Shown here one piece after another: positions 1 to 6,548 of a DNA stretch of 27,266 nt. A program made the position numbers and the translations under genes. Location: positions 1 through 27,266 of the IMG/VR virus record IMGVR_UViG_3300048928_000524; one strand, given 5' to 3'. The stretch comes from a virus. The notes beneath the pieces are model-generated. The model did not search any database and was not told the origin of the DNA. It was given only the letters and a program-made list of their open reading frames with translations. Positions within the stretch are counted from its first letter, which is position 1; each line of letters opens with the position of its first letter.

Positions 1-79
1 TCAGCACGACAGCGAGGCCGAGGGCGGGGTGGTGGCTGAAGTAGCCGGATGCGAGGCGGTGGAGGACGGAACGGTGCAT
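1..79 (-). CDS. Hypothetical small protein, 5' part only (continues past the left edge)
   Basis: ATG at 79..77 is preceded by a strong SD (AAGGAGGA, reverse complement of 83-90). My translation reads MHRSVLHRLASGYFSHHPALGLAVVL... and stays open to the window edge. It is too short to appear in the ORF track. Confidence 0.3.
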   Translation of the reverse strand, partial: MHRSVLHRLASGYFSHHPALGLAVVL

Positions 80-89
80 CGTGTCCTCC

Positions 90-230
90 TTATGCCTGGC
101 GCTGGGTGATGCGCGCGGGCTCTGTCTCGGACGTTTCGTCGAGATGAAGGGCGTATGCGTGCAACAACAGCACTGAGCCTAGTGCGGCGAGGTAGGCTGA
201 GAACTTAGCGAGTTTGCGAGAGGTATGCAT
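90..230 (-). CDS. Hypothetical 46-aa protein with one hydrophobic helix; first gene of the leftward (PL-like) operon
   Basis: My translation of the minus strand is MHTSRKLAKFSAYLAALGSVLLLHAYALHLDETSETEPARITQRQA*. GGAG lies 5 nt upstream of ATG 230..228. The stop at 92..90 sits 10 nt before the next ATG. The gene lies directly downstream of the OL-like operator/promoter block. Confidence 0.35.
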   Translation of the reverse strand: MHTSRKLAKFSAYLAALGSVLLLHAYALHLDETSETEPARITQRQA

Positions 231-260
231 TTGCACTCCAAGTGGCTGTTGGAGTGAAAG

Positions 261-291
261 AGTACCCATGGGTATTGATCAAAACAATACC
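261..291. promoter_or_regulatory. OL-like operator block with a putative leftward promoter
   Basis: AGTACCCATGGGTATTGATCAAAACAATACC matches the reverse complement of 4550-4580 at 23/31 positions. The three elements GTACCC, GGGTATT and CAATACC fall at identical spacing, and TACCCATGGGTA is a perfect palindrome. On the minus strand, TTGTTT - 17 nt - TACTCT lies in the same register as the PR-like hexamers at 4554/4577. Confidence 0.5.
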
Positions 292-523
292 TTTATGGTG
301 GGTAAATGTAGAAATGTATTGCACTGCTAATTGGATTTCTAACGACTCCAAAGAGCCTGCCGTTGGAATAACCCCACCCCAGAGGGGAGCGGGCGGCCAC
401 CTTGAAATTGACCTGCAGTGCTATATTCTGAGCCGCAATATCCGGTTGCTTTTGATCGCTCGTAATAGATAGTCTATGTCTGACCTGGATCAAAGCGGGT
501 ACAGAAATTGAGGTGGGGGGGAA

Positions 524-1954
524 ATGTTCCAGTCGATATCAAAAGAAGCTTTCGAAGCTCGCTTTTACGGCCGCACGCCTTTCGTTAGGTTGTTCTCGAC
601 CGAACTAGAGTGGTTCATGGAAGAACGGGGCGAGACGACGATTCTTGCGGTAATGCTCCGATGCGAGATCGACAAAGACTTTAATGCGATTTTGCTAGGC
701 CGTGACCTAGACCGCAGATTCAGAGCTATCAATGTCATTGTCTCGAAGGACTCTCGAGACGAGCTTGTAGAGGCACTAAATGCTTGTGTGGATGATTTAT
801 TCAATGCGCATGTAGAGGGCTGCTTTCCACAGGGCGACGAAACTAGCGCTTTTGCTATCTTCGATCCGCGTGTTCCTGAAAATCGCCGAAATCGATATTA
901 TCGATTATTAGTCGAGGATCCCGTTCATTTTCCGGCTCGGGTCATGATGGAGGAGTTGGCGTATTGGTTCAAGGATCCGGATGGCGTTTTCATTCGCGCA
1001 CTTCAGGGAAATGAGTTTAACTCCAGGCTCTTTGAGCTTTATCTTCATGCTGTCTTCTATGAGCTGGATTTTGAGATTAGCCGTGATCATCCGCAGCCAG
1101 ACTATTGCCTGCAGAAAGGAGCGGACCAAGTTTTCGTAGAAGTGGCAACGATCGCTGAGCAGGAGAACGTAGAGCAGTTAGAAGTCAATGAGGAAACTCT
1201 CCGGGAGATAGAGCGCCACGCTGCAGAGGAAATGCCTTTTAAGTTTCAACGTGCTTTGTTGAACAAGGTTCGGCACAGGCCTGAGCCAAGCAGATTGCAC
1301 TATTGGGAACTTGACCACGTTCGAGGAAACCCATTCGTCATCGCGCTACACGACTATTCGCGCCCAATGTCCATGGCATTCTCCAGTATGGCGTTGCAAG
1401 AATACTTATACGGTTGGCGTGTGACGAGGGAGGGTGTATGTGAGACTTTTGATCGTCACGTTGTGGGCGAGCGCAGTATTCCCGTCAACTTCTTCTCACA
1501 CGATCGCCATACGCACATTGCAGCCGTGATGTTGGCAACTCAGGGAACGATTCCGAAGTTCAATCGGATGGGGCGCCTTGCGGGCCTGCGCAGTCCTAAC
1601 TCCCTGGCCATTGTTACGGGAGCGAGGACGGATGGGCAGGGGGATGTACGGCCTTTTCGGGCCATTGTGGAAGAGCGCAAATACTCGGAACTCTGGCACG
1701 AAGGCATCTACATCTTCCACAACCCTAGGGCGGTGCATCCTTTGGATCCAGAACTCTTCCCGCACGTAATTCACGTGTTCCAAACAGACGACGGAATCGA
1801 ACAGCTTGTGCCAACCAATTTCATCGTTTCAAGCACTACTCAGATGTTGATTTCAGAGCCGCAGGCGATTAATGAAGTGCTCCGGCGCCTTGATGAGGCA
1901 AACGAAGGGCCACAGGCTGCGAATCTTCCCGAGGTCAATGACTTGGGTGGTTAA
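524..1954 (+). CDS. Hypothetical 476-aa protein of the low-GC island, with a possible degenerate PD-(D/E)xK nuclease-like core
   Basis: This is a long ORF in AT-richer DNA with a purine-rich SD (GAGGTGGGGGGG) just upstream of the ATG. The segment FELYLHAVFYELDFEISRDHPQPDYCLQKGADQVFVEVATI (aa 170-210) shows the E...PD...hhhExx pattern of restriction-endonuclease-fold proteins, but it lacks the canonical Lys. I recognise no other family. Confidence 0.8.
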   Translation: MFQSISKEAFEARFYGRTPFVRLFSTELEWFMEERGETTILAVMLRCEIDKDFNAILLGRDLDRRFRAINVIVSKDSRDELVEALNACVDDLFNAHVEGCFPQGDETSAFAIFDPRVPENRRNRYYRLLVEDPVHFPARVMMEELAYWFKDPDGVFIRALQGNEFNSRLFELYLHAVFYELDFEISRDHPQPDYCLQKGADQVFVEVATIAEQENVEQLEVNEETLREIERHAAEEMPFKFQRALLNKVRHRPEPSRLHYWELDHVRGNPFVIALHDYSRPMSMAFSSMALQEYLYGWRVTREGVCETFDRHVVGERSIPVNFFSHDRHTHIAAVMLATQGTIPKFNRMGRLAGLRSPNSLAIVTGARTDGQGDVRPFRAIVEERKYSELWHEGIYIFHNPRAVHPLDPELFPHVIHVFQTDDGIEQLVPTNFIVSSTTQMLISEPQAINEVLRRLDEANEGPQAANLPEVNDLGG

Positions 1955-2163
1955 CGCGATGCGACAACGATACAGGACAGGTTTGAGGATAGGATCGCCT
2001 ACAGAAAAGTAGCGGGGTCGCAATTGAGCGAAGTCAGGCGCTGTTCCGGCCCCTAAAAGAGCACTGCGTCCGCGCAGCACCTTCGACTAGCAGGTCGAGG
2101 ACATGCTCGAACCAAGCGTTTGAGCGGTCGCTGATCATCCGAGTGACTGAAAGCGGTTCTACC

Positions 2164-3075
2164 ATGACATCATCGCTTCAACCTCCTTTTTCGGCTCGAG
2201 CCAGAGGCAAACACCGACAGATCGACGGTGATTTTCCTGCCTCTGCAAGAAGCGGTCTACTTCACCTAATCTCTGATCTCGTCGAGCGTAGGTACGTTAA
2301 AGACTGGACGGTTGTCGCGCGCGAATTGCATCGGATCGGACGGCTTGAGGTGGTCAGCTATGACGCTTCATATGGGACGAGCTTGAAGCAAGCTAAGCTG
2401 AACGTAGAAACAGCCCTCAAAGAGCTTCGTTGGGACAGGGCCTATGATTTCTGTGAGCGCTTGTTTAGCCATCTTCCTCACGAAATCGGCTTCGAGGACA
2501 GTGCAGGTAATTACTGCGTTGATGTGCCGGTAAGTGAAATTCAAGCGTACATCGCCACCGAACTTCAGCGACTTTTTCTAGAAGAAGACCTTGCGTATGA
2601 GTTTTCGGAAGGCGCTGTCCGCCGACGCGGTCGAAAGCACACTGTAGAACTCACAGCAAAGTCGCAAGTTGTACTTGGGGACACGCGGCTCTCAAGCGCG
2701 AGGAGGCACTTCGACAAGGCTCTACAGTTTTTCCGGCATCCTACGCGCCCTGACTTTGAGAATGCTGTTAAGGAGGCTGTCTGTGCAGTAGAGGCTGCCG
2801 GGAAAGTTCTTTTCCCGATGGCAAAAGCAGCGACTTTAGGCGACCTCATAAAGTGGCTTGGTACAACCCCAGAGGTATCCGTGCCGAAGGCGATCTGTCA
2901 GACCTACACAGGAGTGTATGCGTTTCGAAGCGGTGGCGAAGGGGTTGGCCACGGCGGGGCGAACGGGGGAAAGGCCACGCTGGAAGTAACTGAGTACTTG
3001 TTAGCGGTCTGTGCTTCGCAGATCATCTTCTTTGTCGACATCGCCAACTCTATGGAAGTTGACGTTCCGTTTTGA
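2164..3075 (+). CDS. AbiJ-NTD4-like / Abi_C (HEPN)-like abortive-infection-type protein
   Basis: The ORF runs 2143..3075 with a GTG at 2143; I prefer the ATG at 2164 (MTSSLQPPFS...). The N-terminus PFSARARGKHRQIDGDFPASARSGLLHLISDL resembles my recollection of the AbiJ N-terminal domain 4 consensus (FSxRxG...lp..lRn.l). The C-terminus ENAVKEAVCAVEAAGK...VYAFRSGGEGVGHGG resembles the Abi_C/HEPN R-x(n)-H motif (R262, H270). The spacing is 7 residues rather than the usual 4-6. Confidence 0.75.
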   Translation: MTSSLQPPFSARARGKHRQIDGDFPASARSGLLHLISDLVERRYVKDWTVVARELHRIGRLEVVSYDASYGTSLKQAKLNVETALKELRWDRAYDFCERLFSHLPHEIGFEDSAGNYCVDVPVSEIQAYIATELQRLFLEEDLAYEFSEGAVRRRGRKHTVELTAKSQVVLGDTRLSSARRHFDKALQFFRHPTRPDFENAVKEAVCAVEAAGKVLFPMAKAATLGDLIKWLGTTPEVSVPKAICQTYTGVYAFRSGGEGVGHGGANGGKATLEVTEYLLAVCASQIIFFVDIANSMEVDVPF

Positions 3076-3889
3076 GTGGATGTGTCTCATGAGGGAAACC
3101 GTAGACAACCCTCATGAGCGCATTCTCTGCTTCCGCGAGCAGAGCGTCCCCTTCCCGGAGCATGTCGTCGGAAAGCGCGTGGGCGTTCGCGGCAAAGTAG
3201 GTTGCTTCCTGCCCTGCCGGAGGCATCCACGCAGACACCTGAGCACGTACGTTGCGGAATAGCTGAATCGCATTCAGTGTTTCGAGTTTCGCCTGCGGCG
3301 TCGTCCGTCCGGGTTGGCGCACAAGCTCCCAAAGGCAGTTAGCAACGGTCTCAATATGCAGCTGTGTGATGCTGAGCAGAATGGCAGTAGTTTCGGGCGA
3401 CGCGCGGAGATGTGTGCTGAACGCAATGCGCAACATTTGCTCGCAGCGGTGATAGCGCGCAGTGGCATCGTTCCATTTTTCCTGCAGAGTAGCTTGCATA
3501 GCTTGGTCTAAGGTTCCTGGTTGGTGGGGTGGATGATGTGGACCATTGCGCGTGTCGCGGGGCTGCGGCTCAGAGCTTTGCTCTTTCGCTCGCAGCCTAA
3601 TCGCAAGACGCAGCTGCATCGCGGCGTCCGCAGCATCGTTCAATCGATGCCTGTAGAAACCTCCGACGACGAAGGCCGGTTTGTGGGTCGGCGACGTGGG
3701 TTTCAGGACGAGCGCTACGCCGTCGTATGCGTCGCTCTGAACGTGCTCCAGCAACAGAGCCACCGCGCGATCGAGATCGCGCCGATACCCCGCAGCGAGA
3801 CGCGCGTCTTGCGCTTTGCTCTGGCTCGATGGAGGTGTTCCAGGCGGTGTGCGCGTGCCTGGCTGAGGAAACTGAATGAGGATGCCCAT
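3050..3889 (-). CDS. Hypothetical 279-aa protein downstream of the repressor
   Basis: The ORF is 3050..3991. The first 34 codons cover the cI terminator T-run, so I start at ATG 3889..3887 (MGILIQFPQPGT...). The C-terminal two thirds look like a genuine helical protein. I recognise no family and see no obvious SD. Confidence 0.5.
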   Translation of the reverse strand: MGILIQFPQPGTRTPPGTPPSSQSKAQDARLAAGYRRDLDRAVALLLEHVQSDAYDGVALVLKPTSPTHKPAFVVGGFYRHRLNDAADAAMQLRLAIRLRAKEQSSEPQPRDTRNGPHHPPHQPGTLDQAMQATLQEKWNDATARYHRCEQMLRIAFSTHLRASPETTAILLSITQLHIETVANCLWELVRQPGRTTPQAKLETLNAIQLFRNVRAQVSAWMPPAGQEATYFAANAHALSDDMLREGDALLAEAENALMRVVYGFPHETHPLKTERQLP

Positions 3890-3988
3890 TGTTGATTCGA
3901 CTGACGGCCCGCGCGGGCAGCCATGTTGTTGGTGGGCGGCCAACAATAGAATAAGAATCCTCCTATTCGCGTCCTGCTCAACAGGAAA

Positions 3989-4013
3989 CAAAAAATCCCG
4001 CCGAAGCGGGATT
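3989..4013 (-). terminator. Intrinsic terminator of the repressor gene
   Basis: The minus strand reads AATCCCGC-TTCG-GCGGGATT followed by TTTTTGTTT, an 8-bp stem with a UUCG loop. It starts 3 nt after the cI stop. Confidence 0.7.
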
Positions 4014-4015
4014 CA

Positions 4016-4504
4016 TTAACTGGCGCGCTTGCGCTGCGCCTTTGCCTTGGGAAGAGGTGGGTAGCCGTAGTCGGAGGGCTCTGCAACTTCTGCTGGTGCT
4101 TCTTCGAAGCGCTTTGCCTTCGGTCCATCTGCACGGGCAATGGGCGTCGCCCCTTTGAGCTGTTTCTTCGCAGCAAGTACCGCTTCAAGTGTCGCAATCG
4201 CGGCTTCGATATCCCGTTCAGACAAGTCATTCAGTGCACTGATTGCCAGTGCGCCGAAGTCGGGCGCTGGTGGCGCCTCGTCTTCTGCATCGAGGGAGAA
4301 AGGCGGCAGGTGGAGCGCTTGCTCGATCTCGCGCGCGACGTCTTCGCCGATGCGCTTGCCACCGGCTTTGCCTTCTTCGTAGAGCATGCGCCCCACGTAT
4401 GACTGGGCCTTGCCGATGGCCTGGGCGAGTTTCACGATCGAGCCCTCGAAGCGAGAGACGCGGATCTGGTCCAGCCGCTGCCGACGTCGTTCGTACTTAT
4501 CCAT
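4016..4504 (-). CDS. CI-type HTH (XRE-family) prophage repressor, 162 aa, with no S24 peptidase domain
   Basis: The N-terminal segment GSIVKLAQAIGKAQSYVGRMLYEEGKAGGKRIGEDVAREIEQALHLPPFSL is a typical cI/XRE helix-turn-helix. The gene is divergent from a Cro-like gene. The C-terminal half is Ala/Pro/Lys-rich and has no Ser/Lys autocleavage module. Confidence 0.8.
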   Translation of the reverse strand: MDKYERRRQRLDQIRVSRFEGSIVKLAQAIGKAQSYVGRMLYEEGKAGGKRIGEDVAREIEQALHLPPFSLDAEDEAPPAPDFGALAISALNDLSERDIEAAIATLEAVLAAKKQLKGATPIARADGPKAKRFEEAPAEVAEPSDYGYPPLPKAKAQRKRAS

Positions 4505-4549
4505 TCTTTACAAATTCCGGCCCTGTTTTTCGCGGAAACGCCCCGCCAA

Positions 4550-4582
4550 GGTATTGAGATAAAAAATACCCGTGGGTACCAT
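4550..4582. promoter_or_regulatory. OR-like operator block with a PR-like promoter
   Basis: GGTATTGAGATAAAAAATACC has 5-bp inverted arms (GGTAT/ATACC). It overlaps the near-palindrome TACCCGTGGGTA. TTGAGA (4554-4559) - 17 nt - TACCAT (4577-4582) reads toward cro. Confidence 0.5.
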
Positions 4583-4588
4583 CGCCGC

Positions 4589-5017
4589 ATGGAAAACCTG
4601 CGGGCTTACTTAAACGCAATGTCACCCGACAAGCAGGCGGATTTCGCGCGCTTGTGTGGCACGACGATCCGCTACCTGCGGAAGGCGATCAGCCTCCGCA
4701 TACGGTTAGGGCCGATGTTCTGCGCCGGCATTGAGAGGGAGACGCGTGCGCTTGTTACGCGCAAACACCTTCGTCCCGACGACTGGCATTTGATCTGGCC
4801 CGAGCTCGTCTCCGCCCGCGCGCCATCTTCACGGCGACACCTGCGGCCAATGCGGCCCAAACCTCGAATGATACCGGCTGCTGCATCTGCGGCCCGTCTT
4901 CGACGTGTTCGCCGCAGGGGCAGCTTCCGCGCATTGGGCCGTGCCTTTCCAACGATGAGGCGAGTGTACGCGCCCGCCAGAACCGCCGGTAGTGCGACCC
5001 GCACGGCGGCCCTATGA
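4589..5017 (+). CDS. Cro/YdaS-family HTH regulator with a long basic C-terminal tail
   Basis: FARLCGTTIRYLRKA...IERETRALVTRKHLRPDDW matches the YdaS/Cro-type pattern (...IE..T.G.V.r..LRPD.W). It occupies the first position of the rightward operon. Residues ~75-142 are Arg/Pro/Ala-rich low complexity. Confidence 0.7.
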   Translation: MENLRAYLNAMSPDKQADFARLCGTTIRYLRKAISLRIRLGPMFCAGIERETRALVTRKHLRPDDWHLIWPELVSARAPSSRRHLRPMRPKPRMIPAAASAARLRRVRRRGSFRALGRAFPTMRRVYAPARTAGSATRTAAL

Positions 5018-5038
5018 CCCCACTTTAGGAGACATCTC

Positions 5039-5563
5039 TTGAGCCATCACTATTCCGAAATCAACCAACACGACGCGCTCTATTGGGTGGCGCGCGGCTA
5101 CCCGGGCGGCGTTGAAGGATTGGCCGCGCGGATGGACAAGTCCGCTGCGGTGCTGCGCAACAAGCTGCTGCCGCATGTGCAGACGAACTACGTGTCGTTT
5201 GAAGAGGTGTCGGTGATTGTCGAGCACGCGGAAGGTGCTGGCGTGCCGAACGCGAAGCTGCCGATTCAGGCGCTGTGCTGGCGGCACGGGATGGTGGCAA
5301 TTCCGCTGCCCGAAGTGGCCCGCGAGGATCTGCCGAATACGGATCTGTATGAGGCGCTTTGCAATGTGTTGGCCGAGGTGGGGGATGTGAGTCGCGCGAT
5401 GTCTGCTGCGCTGGCTGACAACCATCTCTCTGAGGGTGAGATGCGCAAGCTGGAGCGGGAGTTTGAAGAGGCGACGGCTTCTGTGATGGTGCTGCGTGAG
5501 CTGCTGCGCGTGCGTGCGCAGCGTGATGCGGAGCGGTTGCAGCGGCTGCGTAGCCAAGCGTGA
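5039..5563 (+). CDS. Phage regulatory protein CII (phage 186 CP76 family)
   Basis: The TTG start has AGGAGA 6 nt upstream. LAARMDKSAAVLRNKLLPHVQTNYVSFEEVSVIVEH and LCWRHGMVAIPLP parallel the 186 CII segments LAERAGMNVQTLRNKLNPEQPHQFTPPEL and IHCLPCVPV, which I recall from memory. The position after cro fits. Confidence 0.65.
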   Translation: MSHHYSEINQHDALYWVARGYPGGVEGLAARMDKSAAVLRNKLLPHVQTNYVSFEEVSVIVEHAEGAGVPNAKLPIQALCWRHGMVAIPLPEVAREDLPNTDLYEALCNVLAEVGDVSRAMSAALADNHLSEGEMRKLEREFEEATASVMVLRELLRVRAQRDAERLQRLRSQA

Positions 5564-5645
5564 TGCGCCTGATGGTTGTTTGTTGTGCATGTCAGCCGGT
5601 GCCGATGCATTGGCTGCTTTTTGAGCGCGTGCGCGCATAGGAGTA

Positions 5646-5849
5646 GTGATGCAAGGCTGTAAAGAAAATTGCGGTGGGGTGGCGAAGTTGTCGCAGGAAG
5701 ATGCCACGCGGATCGCGGATGTGCTGTGCGCGAAGGTTGAGCAAGACAACTGCACGGCCCAGGGGCTACCCGCGCGTCTAACTGAGGCCCGTGAGGCTCT
5801 GACGCGCGAGCTGCTTCAGTTGGCTGAGGCTACTAAGCCCTCTTGCTGA
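5646..5849 (+). CDS. Hypothetical 67-aa early protein
   Basis: The ORF lies in the orientation of the early operon. There is no recognisable family. Confidence 0.4.
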   Translation: MMQGCKENCGGVAKLSQEDATRIADVLCAKVEQDNCTAQGLPARLTEAREALTRELLQLAEATKPSC

Positions 5850-6009
5850 GGTAGTCGGTGTAGGTCTCGATGAAGTCCTTGCAGAATCGGGCTACAGCTT
5901 CGCCCGATTCCTTGCTTGTGCGCAGTTCATTTTGGAATAGCGTGGGCTGGAGTTTGAGGATCTTGTCGAGCAATTCCTCGGCAGCTATGCGTGCGGAATA
6001 AATATCCAT
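5833..6009 (-). CDS. Hypothetical 58-aa helical protein, reversed relative to the early operon
   Basis: The ATG at 6009..6007 lies inside the longer track ORF 5833..6369. The translation MDIYSARIAAEELLDKILKLQPTLFQNELRTSKESGEAVARFCKDFIETYTDYLSKRA looks like a real amphipathic protein. GC is locally lower (31/60 in the line starting at 5881). The upstream 120 codons of the track ORF look like shadow sequence. Confidence 0.4.
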   Translation of the reverse strand: MDIYSARIAAEELLDKILKLQPTLFQNELRTSKESGEAVARFCKDFIETYTDYLSKRA

Positions 6010-6139
6010 GTGCTTCCTGCAAAGAGTTTGAGTGGTCGTCGTCGGGTTCGGAGCCCGACGAAGCAGTGTTGCCGCCAGAGGTTGGGGCGGCAACCTGTAG
6101 GGCAGGGTTGTATCGATTTTTGACAGGGCTGAATCGCGC

Positions 6140-6538
6140 ATGACACAAACGCAGAGCAACACGTCACGCTTTTCACACGGCATGACGTGCTGCAAGGCGG
6201 GGCGTGTTGCTGTGGGCTTGTCGTGTGACCGGCCGGACCAGATGTGTTGTGCGTGGCACCGCATTGCGGGGGCGTTCAAGCCTCGCGGGTTGGCGGTGCT
6301 GTCGAAGTTTGCGGAGCATCTGCTGGATGCTTGCGCGTGGCCGCTGGCTGATGTGTTTTGGCCGTTCAATGCGGCTGGTGAGTCTTCTGCGCTGGCGTTG
6401 GCCTGCGCGTCGCGTTATCGCGCGATTTCAACTGAGGCGGAGCGCCTCGCTTTTCGATCCACTGTTGTTGCGTCGACGTCGCCGGAGTTTGTGGCGGTGT
6501 TTGACGTGCTGTGTAAGGCCGCGCCGCTGCGGCTGTAA
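6140..6538 (+). CDS. Hypothetical early protein (start uncertain)
   Basis: The ORF is in the operon orientation. There is no recognisable family, and Cys-rich N-terminal residues make the start uncertain. Confidence 0.4.
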   Translation: MTQTQSNTSRFSHGMTCCKAGRVAVGLSCDRPDQMCCAWHRIAGAFKPRGLAVLSKFAEHLLDACAWPLADVFWPFNAAGESSALALACASRYRAISTEAERLAFRSTVVASTSPEFVAVFDVLCKAAPLRL

Positions 6539-6548
6539 GGGCGATTCC

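Noticed and set aside
242-493. ORFs 242..472 (+) and 293..493 (-)
   Set aside because: They lie in the AT-rich regulatory gap that contains the OL-like operator and candidate promoters. There is no SD, and the translations look implausible.
1955-2142. Small hairpin CTGCG-TCCG-CGCAG in the gap between the two island genes, considered as a terminator
   Set aside because: The stem is only 5 bp and no T-run follows. That is insufficient to call a terminator.
3521-4230. ORFs 3521..3895 (+) and 3715..4230 (-)
   Set aside because: The first is antisense to the more protein-like 279-aa frame. The second spans the cI terminator and the 3' part of cI out of frame.
6120-6125. Perfect TTGACA -35 hexamer upstream of the 6140 ORF
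   Set aside because: No acceptable -10 hexamer lies 16-18 nt downstream (ACACAA at 6143-6148). It is probably a chance match.
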